Assembly: GCA_963702095.1 (NCBI GenBank)
Contig: OY969706.1
Location: forward strand, 768,001 to 832,000
DNA from: Candidatus Bathyarchaeota archaeon
GTDB taxonomy: Archaea; Thermoproteota; Bathyarchaeia; Bathyarchaeales; Bathycorpusculaceae
Direction: 5' to 3'
DNA length: 64,000 nucleotides
Numbering within the stretch: the stretch's first letter is position 1; every line of letters starts with the position of its first letter. A program made the translations under genes and the position numbers. The notes below the pieces were generated by a model. It searched no databases, was not told the DNA's origin, and saw only the letters and a program-made list of their open reading frames with translations. This document shows, piece after piece, positions 1 to 8,612 of the stretch.

Positions 1-552
1 ATCGGGTATATCGAGTACAAAATGAAAAACCGTAACATTACCTGTCAAACCGTTCAAAACCACGGTATTATCCGGTTGAATGGTCCAGCCGTTTCCTTCG
101 CTGAGGAAAATGGCTGGGGAAAGAATCACCATCCACTCGCTGCCTTGAGTGGATTTTGTCTGGTTGAGATTCAGGTTTACTCTTTGGACACCTTGACCCT
201 GGGTGTCGTATCCGAGCACTTGGCTTCGACCTATAATGCCCGAAGGACGGTAATCGGTGATGGTTATGTTAGAGTTTTCGGTAGAAACGGTAAGGGCACC
301 CCTGTATTGAGAGTCGTTGAGGGATAAGCCAGTGAAGGTCCATGAATTGTCTTGTAGGGTTGCGGTGTTGTAGGAGCCGTTGACTGCGAAGTTGATGGAG
401 CCGTTGAGTGCTGGGATGCCGAATTCGTCGGTGGGAGTGAAGGTTGTGGCGGTTTGGGCTTTGGCGTTTTCTGTAAATGGGGCAAAAGCTAAGGATAGGA
501 AAACAATCGTTACCAGCCCGATCTGGACTGGTTTATGTTTGATAGATGTCAA
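1..552 (-). CDS. Secreted hypothetical protein, 3' end outside window
   Basis: Manually translated from TTG at 552: MTSIKHKPVQIGLVTIVFLSLAFAPFTENAKAQ (signal peptide-like), N/T/S-rich, open to position 1; absent from ORF track because it runs off the edge. Confidence 0.75.
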   Translation of the reverse strand, partial: MTSIKHKPVQIGLVTIVFLSLAFAPFTENAKAQTATTFTPTDEFGIPALNGSINFAVNGSYNTATLQDNSWTFTGLSLNDSQYRGALTVSTENSNITITDYRPSGIIGRSQVLGYDTQGQGVQRVNLNLNQTKSTQGSEWMVILSPAIFLSEGNGWTIQPDNTVVLNGLTGNVTVFHFVLDIPD

Positions 553-640
553 AGCCTGCCCCTTTAAAGAGGATGTTATGGTAGTTCAGGCTATAAGGCT
601 TTTCAAAAACCGCTTTTGCTGAGCCAAAGTGGTTTTTAGG

Positions 641-1318
641 TTAGATGTTGAAGTCTTTTCCTGAATCTGGTTGTTCCTCTGGCTGTGGCGTCTCAGATTT
701 TTGGGTTGGTTGCACTGTTTGCTTTGGCGCAGACCGCTTTCTACGCATCATCAACACAACTATCAACAGGATAACAAGGACAACGACTGCAGCGCTGACT
801 ACCCCATAGAGCAGCCAATTGGAGCCTGCTGGGGTTTGTGTGTCGCCGCCACTGGGATTCACTGTTGGGGTGGCTGTGTTTGAACCGGGCGGTAAAAACG
901 TTATTGTAGCTTGGTCCGACGTCCATATAACTTCTGCGCCAGTTGAATCTACACCATTGACGCCGACGAAGTATGTGTGTGTGCCTATATCCCCTGTGAT
1001 TGGGATTTGGATGTCACCGGTCATGTATGATCCTGAACTAGGAACAGTAACTGGGTTCTCGGGCGAGAAACTTGGACCGTAATAGCGGTCTGTTGGCATC
1101 CAATCTCCGTGGACGCCGATATTGGTGATTTGAATTTGGTTTTGGCTGCTGCTTTGGAAGTTGATTTTAACAGTGACTAGATCACCTACGCTTGGCGTGT
1201 GGTTTGACCAGAAAACATCAGCTGTTGCCTCGTTTTGTTCTAGGGCAGATACGAGGGTTATGGAAACAGAAATTAAAGCGATAACTGCGATAGCAGTTGC
1301 GATTTTTAGTGCCTTCAC
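641..1318 (-). CDS. Secreted protein with C-terminal membrane anchor
   Basis: N-terminal signal peptide, Ig-like beta-rich body, PT-rich linker, TM helix followed by RRKR. Confidence 0.8.
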   Translation of the reverse strand: MKALKIATAIAVIALISVSITLVSALEQNEATADVFWSNHTPSVGDLVTVKINFQSSSQNQIQITNIGVHGDWMPTDRYYGPSFSPENPVTVPSSGSYMTGDIQIPITGDIGTHTYFVGVNGVDSTGAEVIWTSDQATITFLPPGSNTATPTVNPSGGDTQTPAGSNWLLYGVVSAAVVVLVILLIVVLMMRRKRSAPKQTVQPTQKSETPQPEEQPDSGKDFNI

Positions 1319-1480
1319 ACTTGGTTCCTCAGGGTTATGGATTCATCTTGCTCTTAGTATATATTATTTTTCCAAGATTTCGCCTCAATACGGTTAAGCG
1401 TCCATGGAGCAGAAGCCTAAACAGGCTTAATCCATGCAGAAAGCAAAAATTCTGTTGCTCTAGCCACCTTCCCCTCCCGA

Positions 1481-1612
1481 TTTGAAGTGTTAAATCGGTT
1501 TCTATTTTTGTGTGGGTGTGGCGGTTTGTGGGGTGCCACAAGAAGGTTTGAGGGGGGGTTGCCTGCATGGCTCCATGTTGAAGCCGCCAGGGTGTGGGTG
1601 TGAAAGCATGTT
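1481..1612 (-). repeat. Dispersed non-coding element family A, copy 1 (internally shortened)
   Basis: Reverse complement contains cttgtggcaccccacaaaccgccacacccacacaaa and catgctttcacacccacac, matching copies at ~12.0k, 21.0k, 40.1k, 51.1k; central hairpin segment missing. Confidence 0.85.
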
Positions 1613-1684
1613 GAATAAACATGCCCTGCACCAAGAAACACTCAGAAAAAAAGAGGCATACCTGCCAAGTTTTAGCCTCTAAAA

Positions 1685-2383
1685 TCAGTAACCAGCTTCG
1701 GCTTGCGAAACAACCCTGCCCTCCTTAAGAAAAAGGGTACGATCTGCCTGATGATACGGAAACACTCCGTGGCTGACAACAACCACCGCAACTTTGGATT
1801 TACGGTTAAGCTCCACCAGTTTAGCCGTGATTTCCTTACCCGCCATCGGATCCATCTCGCCAGTGGGTTCATCCGCCAAAATCAAAACAGGATCCCTCAC
1901 AAGCGCCCTTGCAATGGCTACTTTTTGCTGTTGCCCCACGCTGAGTTCAAGCGGCAACATATTGGCTTTTTCTGCAAGCCCAAAAGACTCCAGCAGCGCC
2001 AAAGCTTTCTCAGCCATTTCTTTTTTGGAAAGCGATGAGTGAATCAGTGCTGACTCCACATTTTCAACAACTGTAAGCGAAGGCAGGAGGTTGAAGGTTT
2101 GGAAGATAAAACCGATTTTTTCTCGCCGCAAATCAGCTAATTCGCTGTTGGAGTAGTTTTTGAGGCTTTTTCCGTTGAAAAGAACTTCGCCGCAGGTGGG
2201 ATGGTCTAAAGCGCCGATGAGGTTGAGCAACGTGGTTTTTCCACTGCCCGAAGACCCCACGACCGCCAAAAATTCGCCTGAGCCAACTTCAAGGGTGACT
2301 GCGTTAAGAGCTTTTACTGAGGACCCGTTTTTTCTGGGGAAGGTTTTGGTTAGGTCAAGTGTTTGGATAAGCGGCGAGGACAT
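1685..2383 (-). CDS. ABC transporter ATPase, LolD/MacB type
   Basis: Walker A GSSGSGKT, LSVGQQQ signature, ILADEPTG; probable start MSSPLIQ at 2383. Confidence 0.9.
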   Translation of the reverse strand: MSSPLIQTLDLTKTFPRKNGSSVKALNAVTLEVGSGEFLAVVGSSGSGKTTLLNLIGALDHPTCGEVLFNGKSLKNYSNSELADLRREKIGFIFQTFNLLPSLTVVENVESALIHSSLSKKEMAEKALALLESFGLAEKANMLPLELSVGQQQKVAIARALVRDPVLILADEPTGEMDPMAGKEITAKLVELNRKSKVAVVVVSHGVFPYHQADRTLFLKEGRVVSQAEAGY

Positions 2384-2384
2384 T

Positions 2385-3596
2385 TTAGAACCTCCTAAGT
2401 GCTTCGGCAGGCTGTAGTTTAGCTGCGCGCCAAGCGGGAAACACCCCTGCAACTACTCCAGCACAGATTGAAGCTGCAAATCCGAGAAGTAGCACCCAAG
2501 GAGAAATCGCGAGCACCAAATTCGTCAAAGGCAGCAGACCCAACAGGGGAATCAACAGAATAATTACTAGTCCAGCGACTATGCCTATGGCTCCTCCTAC
2601 AGTACCCTGTAGCAAGGATTCGACGAAGACTTGTTTGGTGACGTCGGAGTCTTTCCAGCCTATGGCTTTGAGGACGCCGATTTCTTTGGTGCGCTCAACC
2701 ACGGAGCCAAACTGGGACCTCAAAGAGAACAATGTAATGCAGACAATCAAAATGATCGATATTGCCCATGCACTCTGCTCGTTAATCGCGACGACGCCTC
2801 GGGCGATGAAGCCGCATTGGTAACCGACCAAAGCGCCTGTTTGCCCAGCAAACGATTGCAAAGCATCCAAAGCTGAATTCTGAACAGTGGCGATGTATTG
2901 GGCGTCTCCTGTGGCGGCGATTTCCACGAGCACAACGTTGATGTCGCGGACGGCGAAGTTGTAGAGTTGCCCATAGTGACGTGCAATATCCTGCACAGTT
3001 GGCAGCGGAGCGTAGATGTTGGCTGTGCCCGCGGGTCTGCTGTGTAGCGCTGGGTTTACGATGCCGATTACAGTGAAGTCGTGGTTGAAGGCTGATAAGT
3101 GGTCTTCGACTTTAATGTCAGCTATTTGCGCGTAAATTGAGTCGACCATAACTGAGTCCGAATCATTTTCTGTTAGGTAACGGCCTTCTACCACCTCATT
3201 GGGTGCGACGACGTTGGTGCGGGTGGCTTGGGCGGTGGCGTTTATTCCGCAGATAGTTAGGTTTTCGAGCCTAAACATGAGGCATGGAGCAGCATCTGCA
3301 ACGCCGGGCAACCCGCGGATTGTTTCCACGATGGTGGTGTTGTAGGTGGGTGTGTAGGTGTTTTTGAAGACGGGTCCGACTTCGCCGAATTGGCAGGGGC
3401 AAGTCTGTGAAACGGGAATGTATACTGCGAAGTGTGTGCCTATGCCGTTTAGGGTGCCTTCTGCTACCCAGTTGTAGGCGCCTGCAAGCGTGACCGCCAC
3501 CACCAGAAAAGCTATCGCTATACTGTAGCCAACTATGTTGGCTGCACTGCGCAGTTTTCGGCGTCTAATCTCTTTTAGAGCGTACTGCCTAATCAT
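2385..3596 (-). CDS. ABC transporter permease, FtsX/MacB type
   Basis: ERTKEIGVLKAIGW motif, C-terminal PAWRAAKLQPAEALR, 1+3 TM layout. Confidence 0.9.
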   Translation of the reverse strand: MIRQYALKEIRRRKLRSAANIVGYSIAIAFLVVAVTLAGAYNWVAEGTLNGIGTHFAVYIPVSQTCPCQFGEVGPVFKNTYTPTYNTTIVETIRGLPGVADAAPCLMFRLENLTICGINATAQATRTNVVAPNEVVEGRYLTENDSDSVMVDSIYAQIADIKVEDHLSAFNHDFTVIGIVNPALHSRPAGTANIYAPLPTVQDIARHYGQLYNFAVRDINVVLVEIAATGDAQYIATVQNSALDALQSFAGQTGALVGYQCGFIARGVVAINEQSAWAISIILIVCITLFSLRSQFGSVVERTKEIGVLKAIGWKDSDVTKQVFVESLLQGTVGGAIGIVAGLVIILLIPLLGLLPLTNLVLAISPWVLLLGFAASICAGVVAGVFPAWRAAKLQPAEALRRF

Positions 3597-3624
3597 CGGT
3601 CACCCATCCCCTCATGCATGCAAA

Positions 3625-5100
3625 TTATCGCCGTTTTCTCAGCAGCAAAACCGCAGCCGCCACCGCAACCACCGCTACAGCCCCCGTGCCAGCAGCCACC
3701 AACGGCAAAAACCCAAACGCCCCCGCAGTTGACGGCAAATTCCAAAGTCTTAGGTCAGGGTCGCATAAGGTGCCGTTTTCTATGCAGCCAATCGTAACTA
3801 TGTCCATGGTTCCGTCTTCGTTGAGGTCACTTGTGCCAACTACCCAAGCCATCGCCGCGTCGCCGAAAATCCAATCTTTCGACTGCAAAAGCGTTATCGT
3901 GTTTCCCTCGTAGCCGAAGACTTTGAGTTCTGCCCTCGATTTTCCAGGGGCGTTTGGAGCCCAGCTGCCATAGCCGGAGGTGCCTCCGCCCACAATGATT
4001 TCCTGTTTACCGTCGCCGTTAACGTCGCCGATGGCTATGGACGTGGGCTGTGTGATGTCTAGATTAGTCCACTCTTGGCTAGCCTCCAAGTTTAGCGCGT
4101 CAGAGGTCCAATTGTAGATTCTTAGTTGCCCCTGCGCTTGGTTGCCGTTGTAGGTGAATCCGCTGGTTACGATTTCGGGGGTTCCGTCGCCGTCTACGTC
4201 AGCGACTTTCACGTTGTTGGCTAAAGTGTTGCCCATTACGTTGCCGGCAACATCGGGCGAGTAGGCGCCGTCCACAGTGTACCATTCAGTGTTAGACTTC
4301 AGGTTGATGGTGGCACCGTCGAATTGCCAGACCCTCAGTTGTCCATGGCTGTTGTTGAGGAAATTCGTGTACCCAGCCGATATGATCTCGGCTTTACCAT
4401 CGTTGTTCAAGTCATAAGCATACACTGCGTTTGCACGGGCATAATCGCCTGAATCCCAGTTCACAGTTGCGATTTTAGTTAAGCTGCCCTCAGTCATTCG
4501 GAATATTGAAAGCTGCGCAACCGCATTCTGATTGTTGAATAAGGAGGAGCTTGTTGCAACTATTTCGGGTTTTCCATCGCCATCCACATCCCCAACCGAC
4601 ACGGTCCCCATGTAGGTGCCTTCATAGCTTGCTTTAAGCGTCAAATCATGTCCATCCCAACTCCAAACCCTGAGAGAATAAAACGTGCCTGAATCGTTTC
4701 TGACGGGACCCGTGGTGAGGATTTCGGTTTTGCCGTCTCCATCAGCATCCGCCGCGTAGGTGCAGCTGATACTTCCTGTCCAAGTGAGGTTTGCTTCAAG
4801 GTTAAGGTTGGTTCCATCCCAATTCCAAATTTTAAAAGGCGCCCAAAAGGAATTTTGGTTGTATTCAGTGTATGCAAAGCCGCCCGTCGCTATCTCTGGG
4901 ACATCGTCGCCGTCGAAATCGGCTATGGCCATATTGTTGCCTCCGGGGATGCAGGTGCCGCCGACACCATAGGTGTCCCAATGCGTTTCACTTTTTAGGA
5001 TGAAATCGTCGGATTGAGCGTTAACTGGGTTGAGGATTAAAGTGAGTGATAAACAGAGTAGAAAAGCCGCTAAACTGGCTATAGGGTACTTATTTTTCAA
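3625..5100 (-). CDS. Membrane-anchored FG-GAP/VCBS repeat protein
   Basis: Seven repeats of DxxxDGxxEI type (ADFDGDDVPEI, DADGDGKTEI, GDVDGDGKPEI...), signal peptide, C-terminal TM + RKRR. Confidence 0.85.
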   Translation of the reverse strand: MKNKYPIASLAAFLLCLSLTLILNPVNAQSDDFILKSETHWDTYGVGGTCIPGGNNMAIADFDGDDVPEIATGGFAYTEYNQNSFWAPFKIWNWDGTNLNLEANLTWTGSISCTYAADADGDGKTEILTTGPVRNDSGTFYSLRVWSWDGHDLTLKASYEGTYMGTVSVGDVDGDGKPEIVATSSSLFNNQNAVAQLSIFRMTEGSLTKIATVNWDSGDYARANAVYAYDLNNDGKAEIISAGYTNFLNNSHGQLRVWQFDGATINLKSNTEWYTVDGAYSPDVAGNVMGNTLANNVKVADVDGDGTPEIVTSGFTYNGNQAQGQLRIYNWTSDALNLEASQEWTNLDITQPTSIAIGDVNGDGKQEIIVGGGTSGYGSWAPNAPGKSRAELKVFGYEGNTITLLQSKDWIFGDAAMAWVVGTSDLNEDGTMDIVTIGCIENGTLCDPDLRLWNLPSTAGAFGFLPLVAAGTGAVAVVAVAAAVLLLRKRR

Positions 5101-5204
5101 CGTTATTTCCCTATACTAGTATTTGCGGGGCGCATGGACTTATAAGCTTTTTTAAAATCTAGAAAACCCTATATTTTTTAGTGAAAAGAAAAAAATGTGG
5201 GCGT

Positions 5205-5759
5205 TTAAGTGATTATCAGCTTCTTTGTTTCCTTAGGCGTCTTCTTGGGTAAAGTAACCTCAAGCAGCCCGTCTTTCAACGCTGCATTCGCCTCGTCGGA
5301 ACGCACCATCTCAGGCAACTGGATCTTGCGGAAATAGGTCTGTGCTGCCCGTTCATGTCGTACATAGTTTTTGCGCTGTTCATCTTCTGCTTGGGAACGC
5401 TTCGCATTTATGGTAACAGCGTCATCGGTTACTTCTACTTGGACATCCTCTTTTTTGAATCCGGGCAAATCAACGGTTAAGCGGTAGTTTTTGCCTTGGT
5501 CTTCAATGTCAACTGAGGGCATTCCCGTAAACGGAGCCATGGATGCCCGTGCCCGGGAAGACATGTCTTTGCCGAATCTACTTGATATTCCCCAGAAATC
5601 CTCAAAGTCACGTTGGAAACGATTAAGCAACTTATCAAAGTCACTCATGTCTCTTGAGGCGTAGGGAATGACTTCTTCGGAGCCGCCTTTTTTGACTTCT
5701 TCAGCGGATTTTTCTTTGCCGCCATAATAATAATTCATTTTCTTTTTTTCTTCTGACAA
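5205..5759 (-). CDS. hsp20: Small heat shock protein (Hsp20/alpha-crystallin)
   Basis: PSVDIED...VDLPGFKKEDV...DGLLEVTLPK. Confidence 0.92.
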   Translation of the reverse strand: MSEEKKKMNYYYGGKEKSAEEVKKGGSEEVIPYASRDMSDFDKLLNRFQRDFEDFWGISSRFGKDMSSRARASMAPFTGMPSVDIEDQGKNYRLTVDLPGFKKEDVQVEVTDDAVTINAKRSQAEDEQRKNYVRHERAAQTYFRKIQLPEMVRSDEANAALKDGLLEVTLPKKTPKETKKLIIT

Positions 5760-5834
5760 AACAAGTCACCTATGTTTTATGGCGAGTCTACCCTTCGTTA
5801 ATTAATCTATGTGGCTGTCGCGTGCTAGCTACTT

Positions 5835-6578
5835 TTATGGCAACGTGTATCCGCCGTCGGATACGATGGTTTGTCCCGTGATAAAATTGGATTCGTCGCT
5901 GACCAAAAAAACCACGAGGTTTGCTACATCGGCTGGTTTACCCATACCGCCCAGTGGAATAACTCTAATCATCTGTGCCATCATGGCTTCGTCCGTTTGC
6001 ATACCACTAACATCGATGGGGCCCGGTGCAACCGCGTTGATGTTGATGCCGAATTGTGCCATGTCCAGCGCCACCGCTTTAGTGAAGCCTGCTATGGCTG
6101 CTTTGCTTGCGGAATAATGAACTAAGTTGGGAAAGGCAACTACTGGACCAGAAATTGACGATAAACTCACGATTTTACCGTATTTGCGCTCTATCATGCC
6201 GGGCAGAAACGTTTTGGTGCAGTGAAAGACGCCATATTGGTTGATGCGAATTACTTTATCCCAGTCGGCTTCGGTCATTTCCAAAAAAGGCTTCTGGGGA
6301 TAGATGCCTGCGTTGTTTACGAGTATGTCGATTTTTCCAAACTTTTCCAGCGCTTGCTTTTTGGCGTCTTCGACCTGCTGCAAGTTAGATACATCGCATT
6401 TAACTGCTAAAGACTTCACTTTGAACGCTTCTATTTCCCTAGCTACATCAGAAACTGCGTCCACAACATCGCTGACAACCACATCTGCGCCTGCACGGGC
6501 AAGCGTTGTGGCAATTTCTTTTCCGATGCCATGAGCGGCACCGGTAACAAAAGCAGTTTTACCTTTCAAATCAAACAT
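5835..6578 (-). CDS. Short-chain dehydrogenase/reductase (FabG-like)
   Basis: TGAAHGIG, NNAG, YSASK catalytic motif; start MFDLKGK at 6578. Confidence 0.92.
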   Translation of the reverse strand: MFDLKGKTAFVTGAAHGIGKEIATTLARAGADVVVSDVVDAVSDVAREIEAFKVKSLAVKCDVSNLQQVEDAKKQALEKFGKIDILVNNAGIYPQKPFLEMTEADWDKVIRINQYGVFHCTKTFLPGMIERKYGKIVSLSSISGPVVAFPNLVHYSASKAAIAGFTKAVALDMAQFGININAVAPGPIDVSGMQTDEAMMAQMIRVIPLGGMGKPADVANLVVFLVSDESNFITGQTIVSDGGYTLP

Positions 6579-6642
6579 AAAAACCCTCAGATAATTTAAC
6601 AGATAAGTGAATATTTGAATTTTTCCCAACAACAAACCGCTG

Positions 6643-6876
6643 CTAAGTTAGGGTGCCGACTACTTTCATGCGTTCCATAACTTCTTCGCCGTGAGGCGCA
6701 AGCTCCATCTGGTCGGTTAAGTCTTTACCCGCCAAATGCCCCAAGTGTTCGCCATCGCCCCACTGATAGGACTCGGTTACCTCATAGACTTTGCCTTTGT
6801 AGCCGACGTATGCGGGTTTGCCGTTTTTTCCGTTGAATTCAGAAAGTTCGGCTGCTGTGAAGGTTTTTTCAGTCAT
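6643..6876 (-). CDS. Cytochrome b5-like heme/steroid-binding protein
   Basis: FTAAELSEFNGKNGKPAYVGYKGKVYEVT...GEH...AGKDLT...APHG. Confidence 0.88.
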   Translation of the reverse strand: MTEKTFTAAELSEFNGKNGKPAYVGYKGKVYEVTESYQWGDGEHLGHLAGKDLTDQMELAPHGEEVMERMKVVGTLT

Positions 6877-7043
6877 TTACTTTTCACCTGATTCTTTAAG
6901 TTAAGAGTCGTTTTTTAACCTTCTGTTACTGCCCAAAAGCTATCACAAACCAATTTAGAGCTTGCACCATCCAAAAATAGTTGCGAAGTGAAAACTCTTT
7001 TGTAGTTCATTAATGGATTGTTTATTGTGGAAGGTCAGGTTTT

Positions 7044-7745
7044 TTGACGGACAATAACCAAGCGGCATCGATTAGGGTTACCAAAAACGGTCCCTACCTC
7101 GTCATGGGAGGGGTGCCTCTTTTTGAGATGATAATTAAATGCGACGGCAAAGGGAACACGCCCTCAGAATGGTTAGTTGGCAAACGGTTTCCGCTCCTGC
7201 CAAACTATTTGCTCTGCCGATGCGGACACACAAAAAACAAACCATACTGCGACAGTTCGCACCTCGAAATACACTTCGACGGCACAGAAACCTACGGCAA
7301 CCTACTCTTTGAGCAGATGGCAAAAGTAATTGACGGACCACAACTCACCCTAAAAGACGCAGAGATCATCTGTGCTTCCGCCCGGTTCTGTCATCGGGGA
7401 GGCGACATCTGGGATGAAATCCCCAAATCATATAACCCCAAAACCAAACAAAACAGTATCCGAAACACCTGCGACTGCCCCTCAGGCAGACTCGTAGTCA
7501 CCGATAAGGATACGGGCGAAGTGGTTGAGCCATCGCTTGAGAAATCCATCGGTGTAGTGTTGGATCCCGCCATTGGCGTCGATGGTCCGCTTTGGATACG
7601 CGGCGGCGTCCCCGTTTTTTCCGTAGAGGGCAAACCGTATGAAGTGCGCAACCGCATGACGCTGTGCCGATGCGGGAAATCCGTGATTAAGCCTTTTTGT
7701 GATAGTAGTCATTATCCTGAAGAGTATCAAGAGGTGAAACATTGA
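7044..7745 (+). CDS. CDGSH iron-sulfur domain protein (two CDGSH-type domains flanking a Cys-containing ferredoxin-like domain)
   Basis: CRCGHTKNKPYCDSSH and CRCGKSVIKPFCDSSH; central CASARFC and CDCPSG. Confidence 0.88.
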   Translation: MTDNNQAASIRVTKNGPYLVMGGVPLFEMIIKCDGKGNTPSEWLVGKRFPLLPNYLLCRCGHTKNKPYCDSSHLEIHFDGTETYGNLLFEQMAKVIDGPQLTLKDAEIICASARFCHRGGDIWDEIPKSYNPKTKQNSIRNTCDCPSGRLVVTDKDTGEVVEPSLEKSIGVVLDPAIGVDGPLWIRGGVPVFSVEGKPYEVRNRMTLCRCGKSVIKPFCDSSHYPEEYQEVKH

Positions 7746-8050
7746 AAACAGACCAAGACGTTGAAAGCACCCTACAATCTAAAGAAAAAGCCTACGTGCT
7801 ATTCTACGCTTCATGGTGCCCTTTCTCACAGCGTTTCCTACCAGTCTTTGAGGAATACGCCAAAACCAACCCCGACCAGTGCATGAGTATAATGATTGAT
7901 TTTAAACAGGACTTATGCGACAAATACGAAATCGAATACTATCCAACCGTTTTGTTGTTCAAAAAAGGGAAAGTACAAAAAAGATTAGATGCCGCGCCAG
8001 GGAAGGGATTAACTAAAGAACAGCTGGGCGAACTCACGACAACCCCTTAA
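7742..8050 (+). CDS. Thioredoxin-fold protein, monothiol WCPFS site
   Basis: VLFYASWCPFS, cis-Pro YPT; overlaps the CDGSH gene by 4 nt. Confidence 0.85.
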   Translation: MKTDQDVESTLQSKEKAYVLFYASWCPFSQRFLPVFEEYAKTNPDQCMSIMIDFKQDLCDKYEIEYYPTVLLFKKGKVQKRLDAAPGKGLTKEQLGELTTTP

Positions 8051-8454
8051 GTCTGGATGGTTTCTTGCATCAGTTCCTCTTCCGATGCTCTGGTGTCAGT
8101 TTGATGACTGCTTAAAGCTGTGAGGTTTTTGTTTTCAGGCGTCGGCTCTTTACTGTAGGTGACGTTGCTTATTGCGACCGCTTGCTCTGAGTGCGTATAG
8201 CATGTGCAGGATTCGGGGTTTTCCTGTTCCTTCTTTAGGCGGCAAGCAAGAAGCAAATTAAACGTCATCAGTTTAATGTCGCCGCTTGAACGGAACCAGA
8301 TGGTGTAATGCCCCGATTTCTCTTTCACCACCGCTACTATGTCGGACTCGAAATTGCCAGTTTGATGCATATACTCCTTAATGGTGCGGTTATGGGGAAC
8401 CAAGACTTTGATTTTTAGGATGTTGTTCTTGCATTCCAAACATGAATTCAGCAT
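8047..8454 (-). CDS. Hypothetical protein
   Basis: 135-aa ORF with ATG and upstream AT-rich promoter-like tract; no recognisable family. Confidence 0.55.
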   Translation of the reverse strand: MLNSCLECKNNILKIKVLVPHNRTIKEYMHQTGNFESDIVAVVKEKSGHYTIWFRSSGDIKLMTFNLLLACRLKKEQENPESCTCYTHSEQAVAISNVTYSKEPTPENKNLTALSSHQTDTRASEEELMQETIQT

Positions 8455-8561
8455 TGTGTTCCTAACCCTCTGGCAACCGATTAAGAGTCAGGTTAAAATA
8501 ACGTTTTTTGAGAATACAGGTTAACCGTTCTTGTCAAAATGCCTAAGCAAACGGCGCTGAC

Positions 8562-8603
8562 TTGTCAAGTTTGCTTCGCAAAAACCCGTGCCTAACTTGA
8601 CAA
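8562..8603. promoter_or_regulatory. 10-bp inverted repeat just past the mgtA stop (terminator or operator)
   Basis: ttgtcaagtt (8562-8571) / aacttgacaa (8594-8603); extra ttgtcaa at 8531. Confidence 0.45.
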
Positions 8604-8612
8604 ACCACCCGA

